DNA of 63,813 bases, counting the filler, from Octopus bimaculoides (lineage: Eukaryota): NCBI RefSeq assembly GCF_001194135.2. It is 6 parts of 5 records of this genome, joined end to end, with 100 filler letters (N's around TTAATTAATTAA, not from the genome) between each part and the next. Parts side by side here need not be neighbours in the genome. Positions count along the whole stretch, not along the records: positions 1 to 26,414 come from NC_068987.1; 5 more parts are not named here. The stretch is one strand, 5' to 3'. The position numbers and the translations under genes are program-made. The notes beneath the pieces are model-generated. The model had not been told where the DNA came from and made no database searches. It was given only the letters and a program-made list of their open reading frames with translations. Below are positions 12,680-24,934 of this stretch, one piece after another. Every line of letters begins with the position of its first letter. The first letter of the stretch is position 1.

Positions 12680-13020
12680 ATGCATGGTAAGAAATTTGCT
12701 TTCCAATCACATTGTTCTGGGTTCAATCCCACTGCGTGGCATCTCGCGCAAGTATCTTCTACTATAGCATCGGACACACATATACACGCACAAATACTCT
12801 GTGTGTGTGTGTGTGTGTCTGTGTGTGTGAGCCTTTGTGCTTGTGTTTTCCCCCTACTGCCGAATACCAAGTGGTTCTGGTGTGTTTGCGGTTTGGGCAA
12901 CAGAGACTGATACAATAAATACCGGACTTAAATAAGAAGTGAGATCGATTCGTTGCACTAAAATTCTTCAAGGTGGTGACCCAGCATGGCCGTAGTCTAA
13001 TGACTGAAACAAGTTAAAGA
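12680..13020 (+). mobile_element. SINE family B, near full length
   Basis: GGGTTCAATCCCACTGCGTGGCA B-box region; 3' half ends CCAGCATGGCCGTAGTCTAATGACTGAAACAAG. Confidence 0.85.
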
Positions 13021-13045
13021 TACTTATATAATATGCATACACATA

Positions 13046-13915
13046 CAGGGCGTATCCAAAAATGTACTCACATTTTGACTCACCATAATTCATTGAATCA
13101 AATTGACCATAATAATGGCGGTAGGTAGGACTAAAGTCTTGAAGAAAGAAAACTTGTCATAAAGTACTACTGGAAGCACGGAAACTTCATCGAAGTGCAA
13201 AAATAATTTAGAAGATATTTTCAAAAGAATCCACCAACGTGACGCACCGTTGCTGGCATCCGAGGTAACTTTGAATCATATGGAACTGTGCATAACATCT
13301 ATAAGGTGCATTCAGGAAGACCACGGTCATCAAAGTAAAAGCAATTGTTGTAAACCTTCCACCTTTTCCCACAGAAATCTGTATGACAAATGGCTCGGGA
13401 GACAGGAATCCCAAAATCAAGCACCCATCGCATTTTGAAGAGGGTTCATTAGAAATGTTACACTGCAACATTAATCTACGCTCCAAATAAAGATAATCTT
13501 GACCAGAGAGCTGAATTTTGTGAGTAGTATCTCGGAAAATGCGAGATGCAGCATTTCCGTCCAAAAATTTTGAGGCCAGCTTTAAGCTGAATGGCTCAAT
13601 TAACCGACACAATTGCACCTGCTGGGCTCCTGAAAATCCGTATGTGATTATGGAACATCATATGCACTTACCAGGGGTTACAATGTGGTGAGGGATATCA
13701 GTACTGGGCTTCCCTAACCCCCTTTTTTTTATCAAGCTGTAATTGGGGATGTTTACCTAAACTTGCTGCAAGAATCCGTCGTTCCACGTGTCGAAGAGTT
13801 GTTTGGTGACGAAGAGTTGTTTGGTGACGAAGAGATTTACTTTCAGCAAGATGGAGCACCTTCCAACTACTATCGTGATGTGAGGGCTTATTTCGATGCA
13901 ATTTTTCCGAACAGA
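13046..13915 (+). mobile_element. Tc1/mariner transposase remnant (rosa/DD41D-like motifs), interrupted by a SINE
   Basis: TA|CAGGGCGT TIR start; [21 protein letters not shown]; YLNLLQESVVPRVEELFGDEEIYFQQDGAP...VRAYFDAIFPNR; stops and frameshifts. Confidence 0.8.
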
Positions 13916-14056
13916 TGTGCTCAACTGGTACTAATTTTATCGACACGAAAGGATGAAAAGCAAAGTCGAGCTCGACGGAATTCGAACTCAGAACGTAAAG
14001 ATGGACGAAATGCCGCTAAGCATTTTGTCCTGCGTGCTAACTATTCTGCCAGCTCG
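13915..14056 (-). mobile_element. SINE family A, partial, inserted in the transposase remnant
   Basis: Matches the reverse complement of the family A head and core. Confidence 0.8.
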
Positions 14057-14313
14057 ACACCTTTATATAGTTGACATGATCAAAAATAGTTCGACCTGGA
14101 GTTTGTAGTCGAAAGAATTTTTGTAGACCGTTGCCGAAAAAAATGTGAGGATGGAACCAGTGAATGGATTCATTGTTCGTAAGCTGATGTCTTGGAGAAT
14201 GAAAGTTGTTTAGATAATGGTCGAACACATGAACCAACTTCTGAGAGTAATTTTGTTTGATGGCTCATATTGTTTAATGTGTGGTATAAGACTGAAGGAG
14301 AGATGGAAGGAGA

Positions 14314-14351
<38 letters not shown>

Positions 14352-14604
14352 GAGAGAAAGAGAGATTGAGAGGACGAGAATATGGCCAGCAATATATAAA
14401 GAGTATTTTGTTTTTGTTCTTTGATGGCTTTAGAGATGGTAATAGTAGCGCGAGACACATAACATGTCAGAGATTTGAGATTAATGATGAGATGATCAAA
14501 CACAGACTTAACGATAGAAACAAGCGTTAATTAAACGTTAATTAACCTATTTTACCATTCAACTCTATGACATAATGATATTCTATATAACTAGCTATTT
14601 TAGC

Positions 14605-14651
<47 letters not shown>

Positions 14652-14719
14652 GTTGTTAGTGCTGTTTTAGTTGTTGCTGTTGTCGACATCATCATCATCA
14701 TCATCATCATCATCATTAT

Positions 14720-14911
14720 TAAGGCGGTGAGCTTGGCAGAATCGTTAGCACGCCGAGCAAAATGGTGTTCCGAGTTCAAATTCCGCCGAGGTCGACTTTG
14801 CCTTGCATCCTTTCGGGGTCGATAGAATAAGTACCAGTTGAGTACTGGGGTCGATGTAATCGACTTAACCCTTCCCCCAAAATTGCTGTCCTTGAGGCTA
14901 AATTTGAAACT
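14720..14911 (+). mobile_element. SINE family A embedded in a (TTA/TCA/TTG)n array
   Basis: Complete head-to-tail copy, with trinucleotide arrays at 14605-14720 and 14911-15020. Confidence 0.9.
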
Positions 14912-14935
14912 ATTATTATCATTATTATTATTATT

Positions 14936-14968
<33 letters not shown>

Positions 14969-15674
14969 ATCATCATCATCAGCATCATCAGCATCATTAT
15001 TATTATTATTATTATTAGCCTTGTCACATTGTCGAAGACGGCGTCTTTTGGACTTGTTTTGTATTACATTCATGATGATAAAGTCAGCTAACTCATCCAT
15101 TCTTACGTCTTCGTATAATTAAATTCGATTGTTGAAGTTCCATCGAACTTTTTTTATTTTATTTTAATTTTTTTTTTCTTGTTTCCTAACGGAAGAAAAC
15201 GATGCAAGCACGAGCTGTAAACTGACTCGACCNNNNNNNNNNNNNNNNNNNNNNNNNNNNNNNNNNNNNNNNNNNNNNNNNNNNNNNNNNNNNNNNNNNN
15301 NNNNNNNNNNNNNNNNNNNNNNNNNNNNNNNNNNNNNNNNNNNNNNNNNNNNNNNNNNNNNNNNNNNNNNNNNNNNNNNNNNNNNNNNNNNNNNNNNNNN
15401 NNNNNNNNNNNNNNNNNNNNNNNNNNNNNNNNNNNNNNNNNNNNNNNNNNNNNNNNNNNNNNNNNNNNNNNNNNNNNNNNNNNNNNNNNNNNNNNNNNNN
15501 NNNNNNNNNNNNNNNNNNNNNNNNNNNNNNNNNNNNNNNNNNNNNNNNNNNNNNNNNNNNNNNNNNNNNNNNNNNNNNNNNNNNNNNNNNNNNNNNNNNN
15601 NNNNNNNNNNNNNNNNNNNNNNNNNNNNNNNNNNNNNNNNNNNNNNNNNNNNNNNNNNNNNNNNNNNNNNNNNN

Positions 15675-15712
<38 letters not shown>

Positions 15713-15737
15713 CATGTATATATCTGTACATGTACAC

Positions 15738-15915
15738 TATTGGGTGCTGGAAAGTTCCTGGTTTTAAGGGCGTCGTGAAAGACCTGGTTGGAGGCCCAAC
15801 CGCCCGAGTTCTTTTACAGGGCTTCGAAGAACTGAGAGATCGCTGCAATAAGTGTGTGATTCTTAGAGAAGAATACGTTGAGTAAAATCATTAATTAACC
15901 GATCCTCCTGTAGTT
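15738..15915 (+). mobile_element. Mariner-derived MITE fragment (left TIR plus transposase C-terminal remnant)
   Basis: GGGTGCTGGAAAGTTCCTGGTTTT TIR; GFEELRDRCNKCVILREEYVE* is a mariner C-terminus; same family as 44765-44962. Confidence 0.75.
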
Positions 15916-15944
15916 TCTTCTACTCCTGTAGTTTCTTTTCATAA

Positions 15945-16515
15945 CTTTGTGCCAGAGACAAAGAGACAATCCATGCTGTGGAAACACCCCTCCTCACCTA
16001 CTCCAAGGAAGGGTAAAGTTGTTTCAGCTGCAAGAAAGATGATGACCTCAGTTTTGCAAGGATGCAAAAGGCATTATGGTTATTGACTATCTTGTAAAGG
16101 GCGACACCATCAATAGAGAGTACTATGCCAACTTGCTGAGGTAGTTACCAAGAGCAAACGCCGAGGAAAACTACCGAAAGAGGTCTTATTCTATAAGAAC
16201 AATACTCCAGCATACAAGTCCTTAGTTTCAATGGATGCTATGCGTAATTGTGGCTTTGAACTGGCTGATCAGCTTCCCTATGCTCCTAATTTGGCCTCAT
16301 CTAACTATCAGCTGTTCCCAAGCATGAAAATACTCTTGACTGAGAACAGGTATTGTGGTGATGATGACGTTATATCTGCTGTTGAAGACTTTTCTAGGCA
16401 CTGCATTACCGATGGAAAAAGTGTGTTGACTGTGTTGAAAAATAAACCTCATTTGGTCATATTCCATGAGATATTATCATCGTCAGACATTGAACTTTTC
16501 ATCCCACCTTCGTAG
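15945..16515 (+). mobile_element. Mariner transposase catalytic-domain remnant
   Basis: ETKRQSMLWKHPSSPTPRKGK...NNTPAYKSLVSMDAMRNCGFELADQLPYAPNLASSNYQLFPSMK, a degenerate match to the HDNA.PH and YSPDLAPSD motifs. Confidence 0.85.
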
Positions 16516-16722
16516 TGATGTACAAAATGCCAGTGTACTCTTGTAGCTTATTTCATTGAGAATATCTCTCTGCATGAGGGGTAATACTAAGCTGCATGGA
16601 TAACATCAATGGTGTGGAGATGGAGGTCTTACATATGTGCATAGCTGTTGGTTTTCTATAACAAAAAACCTTGCCCTGATCTGCTCTTTGGCGAGTAACA
16701 CTTAAGGTGTAATGCTCAAGTC

Positions 16723-16773
16723 TCACAAGACATAGACCCTGGACTAGTAAAGTCCGGGGTCTATGTCTTGTGA
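16723..16773. other. 23-bp inverted repeat hairpin with 5-nt loop
   Basis: TCACAAGACATAGACCCTGGACT-AGTAA-AGTCCGGGGTCTATGTCTTGTGA: 22 Watson-Crick pairs plus 1 G.U pair. Confidence 0.95.
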
Positions 16774-18037
16774 TAAAACTTTACTCACTTTCAACTCCTC
16801 AGTAATTGATGCCCTGCTGGCAGATGCCTCCCTAGTACCTACTGCTGATATATTGCAACTTTAGTTTTCTGGCAAGTTGGTAAATCGAAATTTTAAATTG
16901 ATTCGCGTATAGAACTTTGTTTCACTTTTCGAACAAAAATTTTTAAATCAGACAATCAATAGAAAACTTAATTTTTTATCCTTGCTTCTCTATACTTCTA
17001 AAACCGATAAAAATTGTCTTCCTTAAATTGTGGTAACATTTAAAATGAAAACTAGCGTGGGTAGGTGTCAGTTTAGAAAGGAAGCTAGACTAGCGAAGGA
17101 GCCAAGCTAACAATAAGTTAGGCTAGTAAGACTTGTTACTATAAACAGAAGAAGGATTGGGAAAGGTAAGTAAATATATGTGAAATAATTAGTATTTCAG
17201 TGGACAAGGAGCATCTAGAATTAAATAGGCGATTTCACTGGTTGTCTTGTTTACTGTACTGCTGACAAAAGTGAATTGATGTAGCTGAGCAAATAACTAT
17301 CAGAAGAGCGCATTTATTTAAACAGCCCATTGTTAATAACCAAAAAAACGTCTAGTTACATTGAAAACCGCCTATTTTTCTCAATACAGGGATATCCGTC
17401 GTCTTACATCCCACAGATTTCGAACGAATCTAAAGAAAAATAGAACTGAAACATTCGTCTGAACTGTCATTGTACTTAGACCAACAACATTTTTAAAAAA
17501 TCGTTCCTAACACAACTATGAAAATATGAAAAAAAAAAAAAAAAAAAATCCTGAAAAACAAACGAATAAATGCTTCTATCACTCCAAATAACAAAACGAA
17601 TTAAGATCCATGAATCTAAAGAAGGCTCTCTCCACAAACCATTTCCTGTCTTTTGCATACAATCTTGTTGTTGGGTTGGTTAAATAGTTATGGATGTTTT
17701 TGTTGTTTTTTTTGTGTTTTTAGTTTTGTGTTTGTGTTTCTATCGAGGCTATACAAAGCAATCTGTCTATATGTTAGTTGACCCATCATGTTTGAAGTTG
17801 TAGTCTTTTATTTGTGTTTGATAAAGTGCTGTTGAGTTTCTAAGAGAAATATAAATGAAAAATAAAAGCAATATTGATAAAGCGTCAATTCATTCATTCA
17901 GATGGTATAGAAAACAAACAAAACAAAACAAAAAAAATGATAATAATTTGAACGCAAGATGTCTAAATTGATATTGTTTCAGCATAAAATAATTCCCGTC
18001 TTACAGCTTTTATCTATAAGATTGACAATTATGAACT

Positions 18038-18468
18038 ACAGTATTCTCTCGCCATATCGCGGTTCACCTATCGCCCACTCAGTACATCGCTAATATATGT
18101 AAATTTGCATCGCGGACTCCTCAGTATATCGCAGGTTTCTGCGGCCATAGGTATTTATATTTTCTTTAGATTTTAAATATTTCTGCGGTAAAATAAGCAT
18201 TTTCACGCCTAAAAATTAATAAGTTAATTAATAAAAATAGAGTACAGTGCTGTACTGTAGATGAGTACACAAAGAATCACACATACTGTATGGAAAATGA
18301 AATTCGGGGGGTGTGGGCGAGTGTGTGGTATTGTTTTGCATTTATAATAAAATAAATATATACAAATTATAAAAATGATAAAAAATATATATACAGTACA
18401 GTACTGTTTCTACTTCGCGGATTTTCACCTATCGCAGAGGTTTTGGAACCTTAACACCCGCGATAGTA
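18038..18468. mobile_element. pogo/Tigger-like MITE (degenerate)
   Basis: TACAGTATTCTCTCGCCATATCGCGGTTCACCTATCGC left end; repeated CACCTATCGC/CGCGATA motifs near the right end. Confidence 0.55.
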
Positions 18469-18811
18469 TATACGAAGACGTTACCATGGGGTCACTTGAT
18501 ATGCTAGAAATAGATACCAAGTTTTCTGAAAGCACACCTTAAAAAAGGGCCATAATGGATAACTAGAAAATGTACGTCCACATACACAAATACGCAGGAT
18601 AGTCGTGGATTGAACGCATTTAATCATAGATCTGCTTGGCCAAAGTTGGGACTACGACGATAACAGCAGCAACAACAACAACAACAACAATAGTTATAAG
18701 CCCTTAATTTCATGCCAGACTTGAGATGTAAAGACCACGATACATTGAACTAATAATCTCGATCAAAATGGTGGACAAAGTGTAATTGGTATTTCCTTAA
18801 TTCTTTTACAC

Positions 18812-19015
18812 AAGGCGGCGAGTTTGCAGAATTGTTAACGCTTTGAGCAAAATGCTTAGCAGCCTTTCTTCTGCCTCTGAGTTCAAATTCCACCGCAGTC
18901 GACTTTGCCTTTAACCCTTCCGAGGTCGATAAAACAAAGTTGGGCACTGGGGTCGATGCAGCCTACTTACCCCACTACTCTCCAGATTACTGGCCGTGAG
19001 CCGAAATTTGAAATC
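18812..19015 (+). mobile_element. SINE family A
   Basis: AAGGCGGCGAGTTTGCAGAATTGTTAAC...GAGTTCAAATTCC...GAAATTTGAAATC. Confidence 0.85.
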
Positions 19016-19065
19016 ATTGGTTCTTTTACACACCTTACGAAACTACAGTTCATTATTACTACAGG

Positions 19066-19100
<35 letters not shown>

Positions 19101-19647
19101 GGGTATAATGGGCTTCGTATATTTTATCCCAGTGTCACTTTGATGGCATGCACTGCTCTCTCACTCAATAATAATAATAATGATAATAATAATAATAATA
19201 ATATGCTGCTTAAAACCACAGGTTTGCTTGTCAGTCGTTTGACCTTAACCAGTTGAGCATGCCCCTTGGTGGCTGACGATATGTGGATCTCTGATCACGA
19301 GCAGAAGTAGTGGGGGAGCATCATAGCCATGTGTTGAAAGGAATTCTTTGGGGTTTCAATAATTCGCCTTTGGAAACATGGGTGTTTCAGTCAACATCCT
19401 TAAACAACCCTTATTCGGGACCTTTTGAGCGTGATGGGCTACTTGACCTGAAGAAAATTCTAACTGGGCCCTACCTGCGAGGTCATGCGCTGTTTATCTT
19501 GGTATGAGATCACCATGTCGCGCACATATGGTTGTGATGCATGTGCCTGGTGTACCCTTATCAGACGGGTAGTCATGATAGATATAATGGGCTTCGTATA
19601 TTTTACCCCAGTGTCACTTTGATGGCATGCACTGCTCTCTCTCACTC

Positions 19648-19648
<1 letters not shown>
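19101..19648 (+). mobile_element. Two 3' ends of one non-LTR retroposon family (19101-19167 short; 19203-19648 long), each followed by (AAT)n
   Basis: Near-identical TATAATGGGCTTCGTATATTTTA.CCCAGTGTCACTTTGATGGCATGCACTGCTCTCTCACTCA + AAT tail at both loci. Confidence 0.7.
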
Positions 19649-19711
<63 letters not shown>

Positions 19712-19712
19712 T

Positions 19713-19744
<32 letters not shown>

Positions 19745-19873
19745 GTGGTGATGATTTTAGAATTTTGAAAATGTGAGAGAAAGGCGTCAATGCCCTCATC
19801 GCTTAAATTTGATAGTACGTTCTAGCTTAATTAATTCTTTTTATTAGGTCTAGAATAACCTGGGAACTGTATC

Positions 19874-20400
19874 TATTGGATCATCCCATAAATAATGCGG
19901 TTTTTTTTCAATTGCATGAACTAAAAGTCGGAGAGGGACAGGATAAACTACTTGCATCAACTTGCTGTAAAATCAGGTAGTAATTTTACCTTGTACTTAT
20001 TCTTAGTGCAAGTTTTGAAGAGTGCAGTTCGATTTTAACAGTTATCTCATCAAAACTATATTGGAAGTGACAAAGGAGCGTATTTGGCATATTTTACTTT
20101 ATGAATTCAATAAAGGCAACAACGCAACGGAAAGTGCGAGGAATATTAATGCAGTATATGAGGATCGGACAAAAAGCGTAAGCCAGTGTCAACGGTGGTT
20201 CCAGAAATTCCGAGCCGGAAACTACAGCCTAGAAGACGAGCCTTGTCCTGGAATACCCGTAGAGCTCGACGAGGACGTCCGGCAAACCTTGGTGGAACAA
20301 AATCCCATCGTAACTGTTGAGGAACTAACAGAGAAGTTTGGTCATTCAACCATTCATCGACACATGCGTGCCATCAGAAAAGTCAGCAAATTGGGTCAAT
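19874..20400 (+). mobile_element. Mariner element 5' half (TIR plus HTH DNA-binding domain)
   Basis: KERIWHILLYEFNKGNNATESARNINAVY...CQRWFQKFRAGNYSLEDEPCPG.P...HSTIHRHMRAIRKVSKLG is a typical mariner N-terminus. Confidence 0.9.
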
Positions 20401-20982
20401 TTGCTTTTCAATTTCAAATCTCATCGGCCTTCTCGTGACGGACCGAGTAAAAAGGTTTTCAGGAACAAGTGGGTTAAAGCAACATCATAGTCGCATCACT
20501 GTCAAAATGTATACAGCTTGCACTGAAGTAAGATAAACACCAAAAGAGAAACAATGTCTAGTAACGTTACTCTAACTACTTTAGTGTTTAACAGCTTCAG
20601 AAAACTTCCTGTCATCTTTAATAACAATAATGAATTTAATGAGTCAGCGAGTGAGGCCTCTCCGTGGTAGTTCAACCAGCTAGAAATAGCAACCAAATTT
20701 TACAAAAAGAGTGAAAGAAAGGAAATGTTTCGTATCGTAAGGCAAAAATGTCATGTGTTTAGTATAAGCAATGAAAGGTAAGACAAAATAATTGCTATGC
20801 CGTCGTGCAGTGACTTCGCCCTCGACTCACGCTCAGTTTGATAACAACAGCCTGCACATCGACATGTGCATATTCACTATACTTCTTCTGTTTCTGTTCC
20901 CCCCTCCTCTATGTCTCCTTACCTCTAACTGTCCTCCTGCCTTTAAACGCGTTGTATTTCTCTTACTTCTCAGCGCTATCAA

Positions 20983-21027
<45 letters not shown>

Positions 21028-21394
21028 CCTCCCTCTCTCTCACACCCTGTTAGTTCCTCCTCTTGGCTGCTTTGCCTCTCACTTCAGCTATACTTCCTCT
21101 GCTTCTGTCTCTCTCCTCTCTCCCGCTTTGCCACTCTCTTCAACTATGCCTCCTTTGCTCAACACCTTTTATTTCTCTTGTACTTTGTACCTCTCCCTTC
21201 AACCTTTTTACCTCCTTTGAAGTAAGTGTGACACACACCACAGGTACGTACAAAAACAAAATAACCTAGCGTATTAATATTATTGCTAACAAAGCTCAGA
21301 AAATATAAAGATTTGCCACATCTCAAGACGGTTAAAATACCAGTGATTGCTAGAGCACTTGAAATGACAAAAAAAAAAAAGGAACTGAAAATTA

Positions 21395-21490
21395 TCTGAG
21401 AATGATCCTTGGCTTACCATCCATGCAGGAAGTGCAAAATATTGACTTAACTGGTTCGTCACACGTACTGAGAAAAGCATTGTTTCTGTG
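21395..21490 (+). mobile_element. R4/Dong-like LINE extreme 3' coding remnant
   Basis: ILGLPSMQEVQNIDLTGSSHVLRKALFL* resembles the Q.I.L.GT..ILR..L terminus of RLE LINEs. Confidence 0.55.
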
Positions 21491-21743
21491 AATTTTCTTT
21501 CCTTTTCCCCCTTTATTTTCTTCGTTTATTTTAATTATCTATTTTTTCCTTTTTCTCTCTAACTTTCTTCGCCTTTTTCTCTATCACCTGACTTTGTAAA
21601 TGAACAATCTGGTGTGTTTATTTTAATGGCCTACCAATGTATACATTTCTCTGCTCTGGGTGTCAGGAAGACACTCGGCAAGAAATGGAAACAGAATTGA
21701 AGGGAGATGATGATAATAATGATAATTATTATTTTTTCTATTC

Positions 21744-21937
21744 TAGGCACAAGGTTTTAAAAAATTGGTGGGGAGGGAAGGATCTAGTCAATTACATCAA
21801 CCCAGTGCGTAACTGGTACTTATTTCATCGATACCGAAAGATTGAAAGGCAAAATCGACCTCGGCGGAATTTGAACTCAGACGAAATACCGCTAAGTATT
21901 TTACCCGGCGTGCTAACGATCCTTCCAGTTCAGCGCC
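21744..21937 (-). mobile_element. SINE family A
   Basis: Reverse complement of the family A consensus. Confidence 0.85.
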
Positions 21938-22044
21938 TTAATAATGATGATGATGATGATGATGACGATGACGATGAAAATAATAATAACAACAACAACA
22001 ATAATAGTAATAGTAATAACACAACTATAACGATTTAAAGTGAG

Positions 22045-22320
22045 AAATACGAAGGTTGTGGTCAATGAAGAGAGTAGACATGATACCAATAGTAATTGAA
22101 GCACTTGGAAGTATCAGAACTCAACTATTAACATGGCTGAAAAAGATTGGTGCAAGTATGAAGGAAGAACACCTACAAAAATCAGCATTGTTTGGAACTG
22201 CAAGAATTCTTCGCAGGGTTCTTGAAACATGACCAGTAAACAAGTATCGCCTTATCTGCTGGCTGTGGACAGCTGACAATTCCCACATACCCAGCAAAAC
22301 AAGCTGTTTTTATCACAGAA
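22045..22320 (+). mobile_element. 5'-truncated R4/Dong-like LINE flanked by (AAT/AAC)n
   Basis: EIRRLWSMKRVDMIPIVIEALGSI...LQKSALFGTARILRRVLET*, then a 3' UTR and a CAACAACAATAATAAT tail. Confidence 0.85.
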
Positions 22321-22330
22321 CAACAACAAC

Positions 22331-22361
<31 letters not shown>

Positions 22362-22547
22362 GGGGTTTCAAATTTTGGGCACAAAGCCATCAAGTTAGGG
22401 GTAAGTCGATTACATCCACCCCAGTGCTCAACTGATACTTATTTTATCGACTCCGAGGCAAACCCTATCTCGGCGGTATTTGAACCCAGAACGTAAAGAC
22501 AAGTGAAATGCCGCTAAGCATTATTGTCAGGCGTGCTAACGATTCTC
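22362..22547 (-). mobile_element. SINE family A
   Basis: Reverse complement of the family A consensus, tail adjoining (AAT)n. Confidence 0.8.
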
Positions 22548-22827
22548 TGAAAAATAGTTTCGTCCCTCTGCACGCTTCTCAGACAGGCGCTTGAACTAGC
22601 CAAGCCTCCCTCTATCACACCAGTATCGTACGTTGATACAAGGATAAATATTTGTTGGGGAGTTGTTTGTTTTGCTTGTTTGTTTATTTATCACAAGCAA
22701 GACCATGCTGGAGCACTCCATCAGGTGAAGGTGAAATTGAATTACTTGATTGATAGACCTGGCATTTCTGCCCATCGATTTTGTTATGTCTCAACGCTAC
22801 TGCTATCTAGCACCTTCGGATGATCTC

Positions 22828-22893
22828 TACTCAACTGCTACACAACTGCTACTCGACTGCTACTCAACAGCTACTCGACTGCTACTCAACACT
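22828..22893. repeat. 11-bp minisatellite (CTACTCAACTG, about 6 units)
   Basis: CTACTCAACTG CTACACAACTG CTACTCGACTG CTACTCAACAG CTACTCGACTG CTACTCAACA. Confidence 0.9.
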
Positions 22894-23192
22894 CCTACCA
22901 CGGCCAGACTACCTCTATTTATATGTCTTGGGAGATCCTACTTCTTCGCCTGGGGGCGTCGACACAACAGATTTGGCCGTTTTCTTTTACGACTAACGTG
23001 AAGAATTTTTAGTAATGCATACAATGGTCTACTTGCTAGACGATGCGAAGTAACAGGCCTGAAAGTAGATTTTCAGGTGACACATCATCACCTCATGCCC
23101 TCTGTTCACCCTTTTCGACTAATGANNNNNNNNNNNNNNNNNNNNNNNNNNNNNNNNNNNNNNNNNNNNNNNNNNNNNNNNNNNNNNNNNNN

Positions 23193-23245
<53 letters not shown>

Positions 23246-24000
23246 TGTACACACACATATTCACTCACATACACACTCATTCACTCACTCACATACACAC
23301 ATTCACTGCCATACACACTCACTCACTCACATACACACATTCACTCACACACACACGCTCATTGACTCACAAACACACGCCGCACTCATTCGCTCACTAT
23401 ACACACACAATCCACTCACATACACACACACTCACTCACAGACACACATACACACACACTCCCTCTCTCTCTCGTCTGTTGTATAGTAACATATAATGGT
23501 GAACAGTATAACTGTAACGAAGTATCTATTTATATATAATTTTTTATTTAGCATATAACATAACAGCCAATAATGGAATACAAGCTAATTACTCTGTTTC
23601 GACGTATTTACAAGAAATGCTCTAGATTTAGACATTTGCTTAATGTGTTGTGGTTTCACGGTCCCAACAGAACCTCTTCAGCGTGGCGTTTGGCTCCGTT
23701 TTAATAGTGTTAATCAAATGAAAGAAATATCTTTGCAGCTAATATCCCCAGATGATCCGATACCTGTTTTAATTATTTAACGTTTAAAGCAGATTCCATA
23801 TTTTTAAGCCAACAAATATTCATTGCTGTAATTTTTTTACGGTGCTATTAATTCGCCACTAAATCAACAGGTTACGTTGAAGCTATACTTTACATTGATG
23901 ATGCGAAAACGTGCAAATTTGTCTTCATTAATATAGTATTTTGTTATTAATTTTTGTGGTCCTATCGCATAATTATTTTCTCCTAATCAAAATCCATTGT

Positions 24001-24275
24001 GGAGTCGCAATGGCCCAGTGGTTACGGCAGCGGACTCGCGGTCGGAGGATCGCGGTTTCGATTCCCAGACCGGGCGTTCTATGTGTTTATTGAGTTCCAC
24101 GAACACATAAAAGTTCCACGAGGTTCGCCCAAACTTTCTCTCACTATTTCTTGAGTAACGCTGCGATGGACTGACGTCCCGTCCAGCTGGGGTGGGAACA
24201 CACACGCCATAGAAACCGGGAAACCGGGTCCATGAGCCTGGCTAGGCGTTAAAAGGGCGCATAAATAAAATTTAA
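24001..24275 (+). mobile_element. tRNA-derived SINE family D (tRNA-Arg-like head, V-SINE-like core)
   Basis: A-box TGGCCCAGTGG, B-box GGTTTCGATTCC, core GCGATGGACTGACGTCCCGTCCAG; further copies at 45485-45672 and 50255-50345. Confidence 0.8.
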
Positions 24276-24934
24276 AAAATCAAAATCCAAGGAACATAAC
24301 ATTCTTCTCCCTCCCATGATCATGAAACAGCCTCGTGTTTTTTCACTATGCATTCCTTTATGTTGCTCAGCCATCCCTTTCGTTGGACACCTATACTTCT
24401 ATATCTACCGAGGGTTTATCTATGCTTTATGATATTCATTAGAAGTAGGCTGTCTTAAAAATCGTATAACAGAGTCAAACAACATTTTCTTCCTTTTGGC
24501 AATCAACAGAAGGGTTTCATCGTTCGTAGTCTTCCCAACAGTACATACCTTATGCAATTGTATATCCCACCACCACTTTGTTTCTTCACAGCAATCAGAA
24601 AAATAGGTACTTCTCATATGGCACCCATCTTAATTGCAATTTGGGAGTTATGACACATCCTCTAGAGGCAGGGATATATCTCTGCTAACCCATCATCATA
24701 TGGCCATAAGCCAAAGAACAATTACTGACTACATCACAATGTATTCTGTTTCAACGTTTAAATTCCTTATTTCTGCATCTGATAGAAATAAAAATATTTT
24801 TGTTAAATTAATTTTTCTCAATACTGAAAGTGAAAAGCAAGATGGAAGATGTTCCATGTTCCGTGTACAAAATACTGATCTAACTAGGACGTTTAGAAAG
24901 AAATTGAGTATATCTACTCAAGTGCAACACCTCC

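Noticed and set aside
24001-24080. tRNA-like sequences with A and B boxes (also 43880, 45600-45672, 51355, 57705)
   Set aside because: They lack a complete cloverleaf or acceptor stem and continue into repeated SINE bodies, so they are SINE heads, not tRNA genes.
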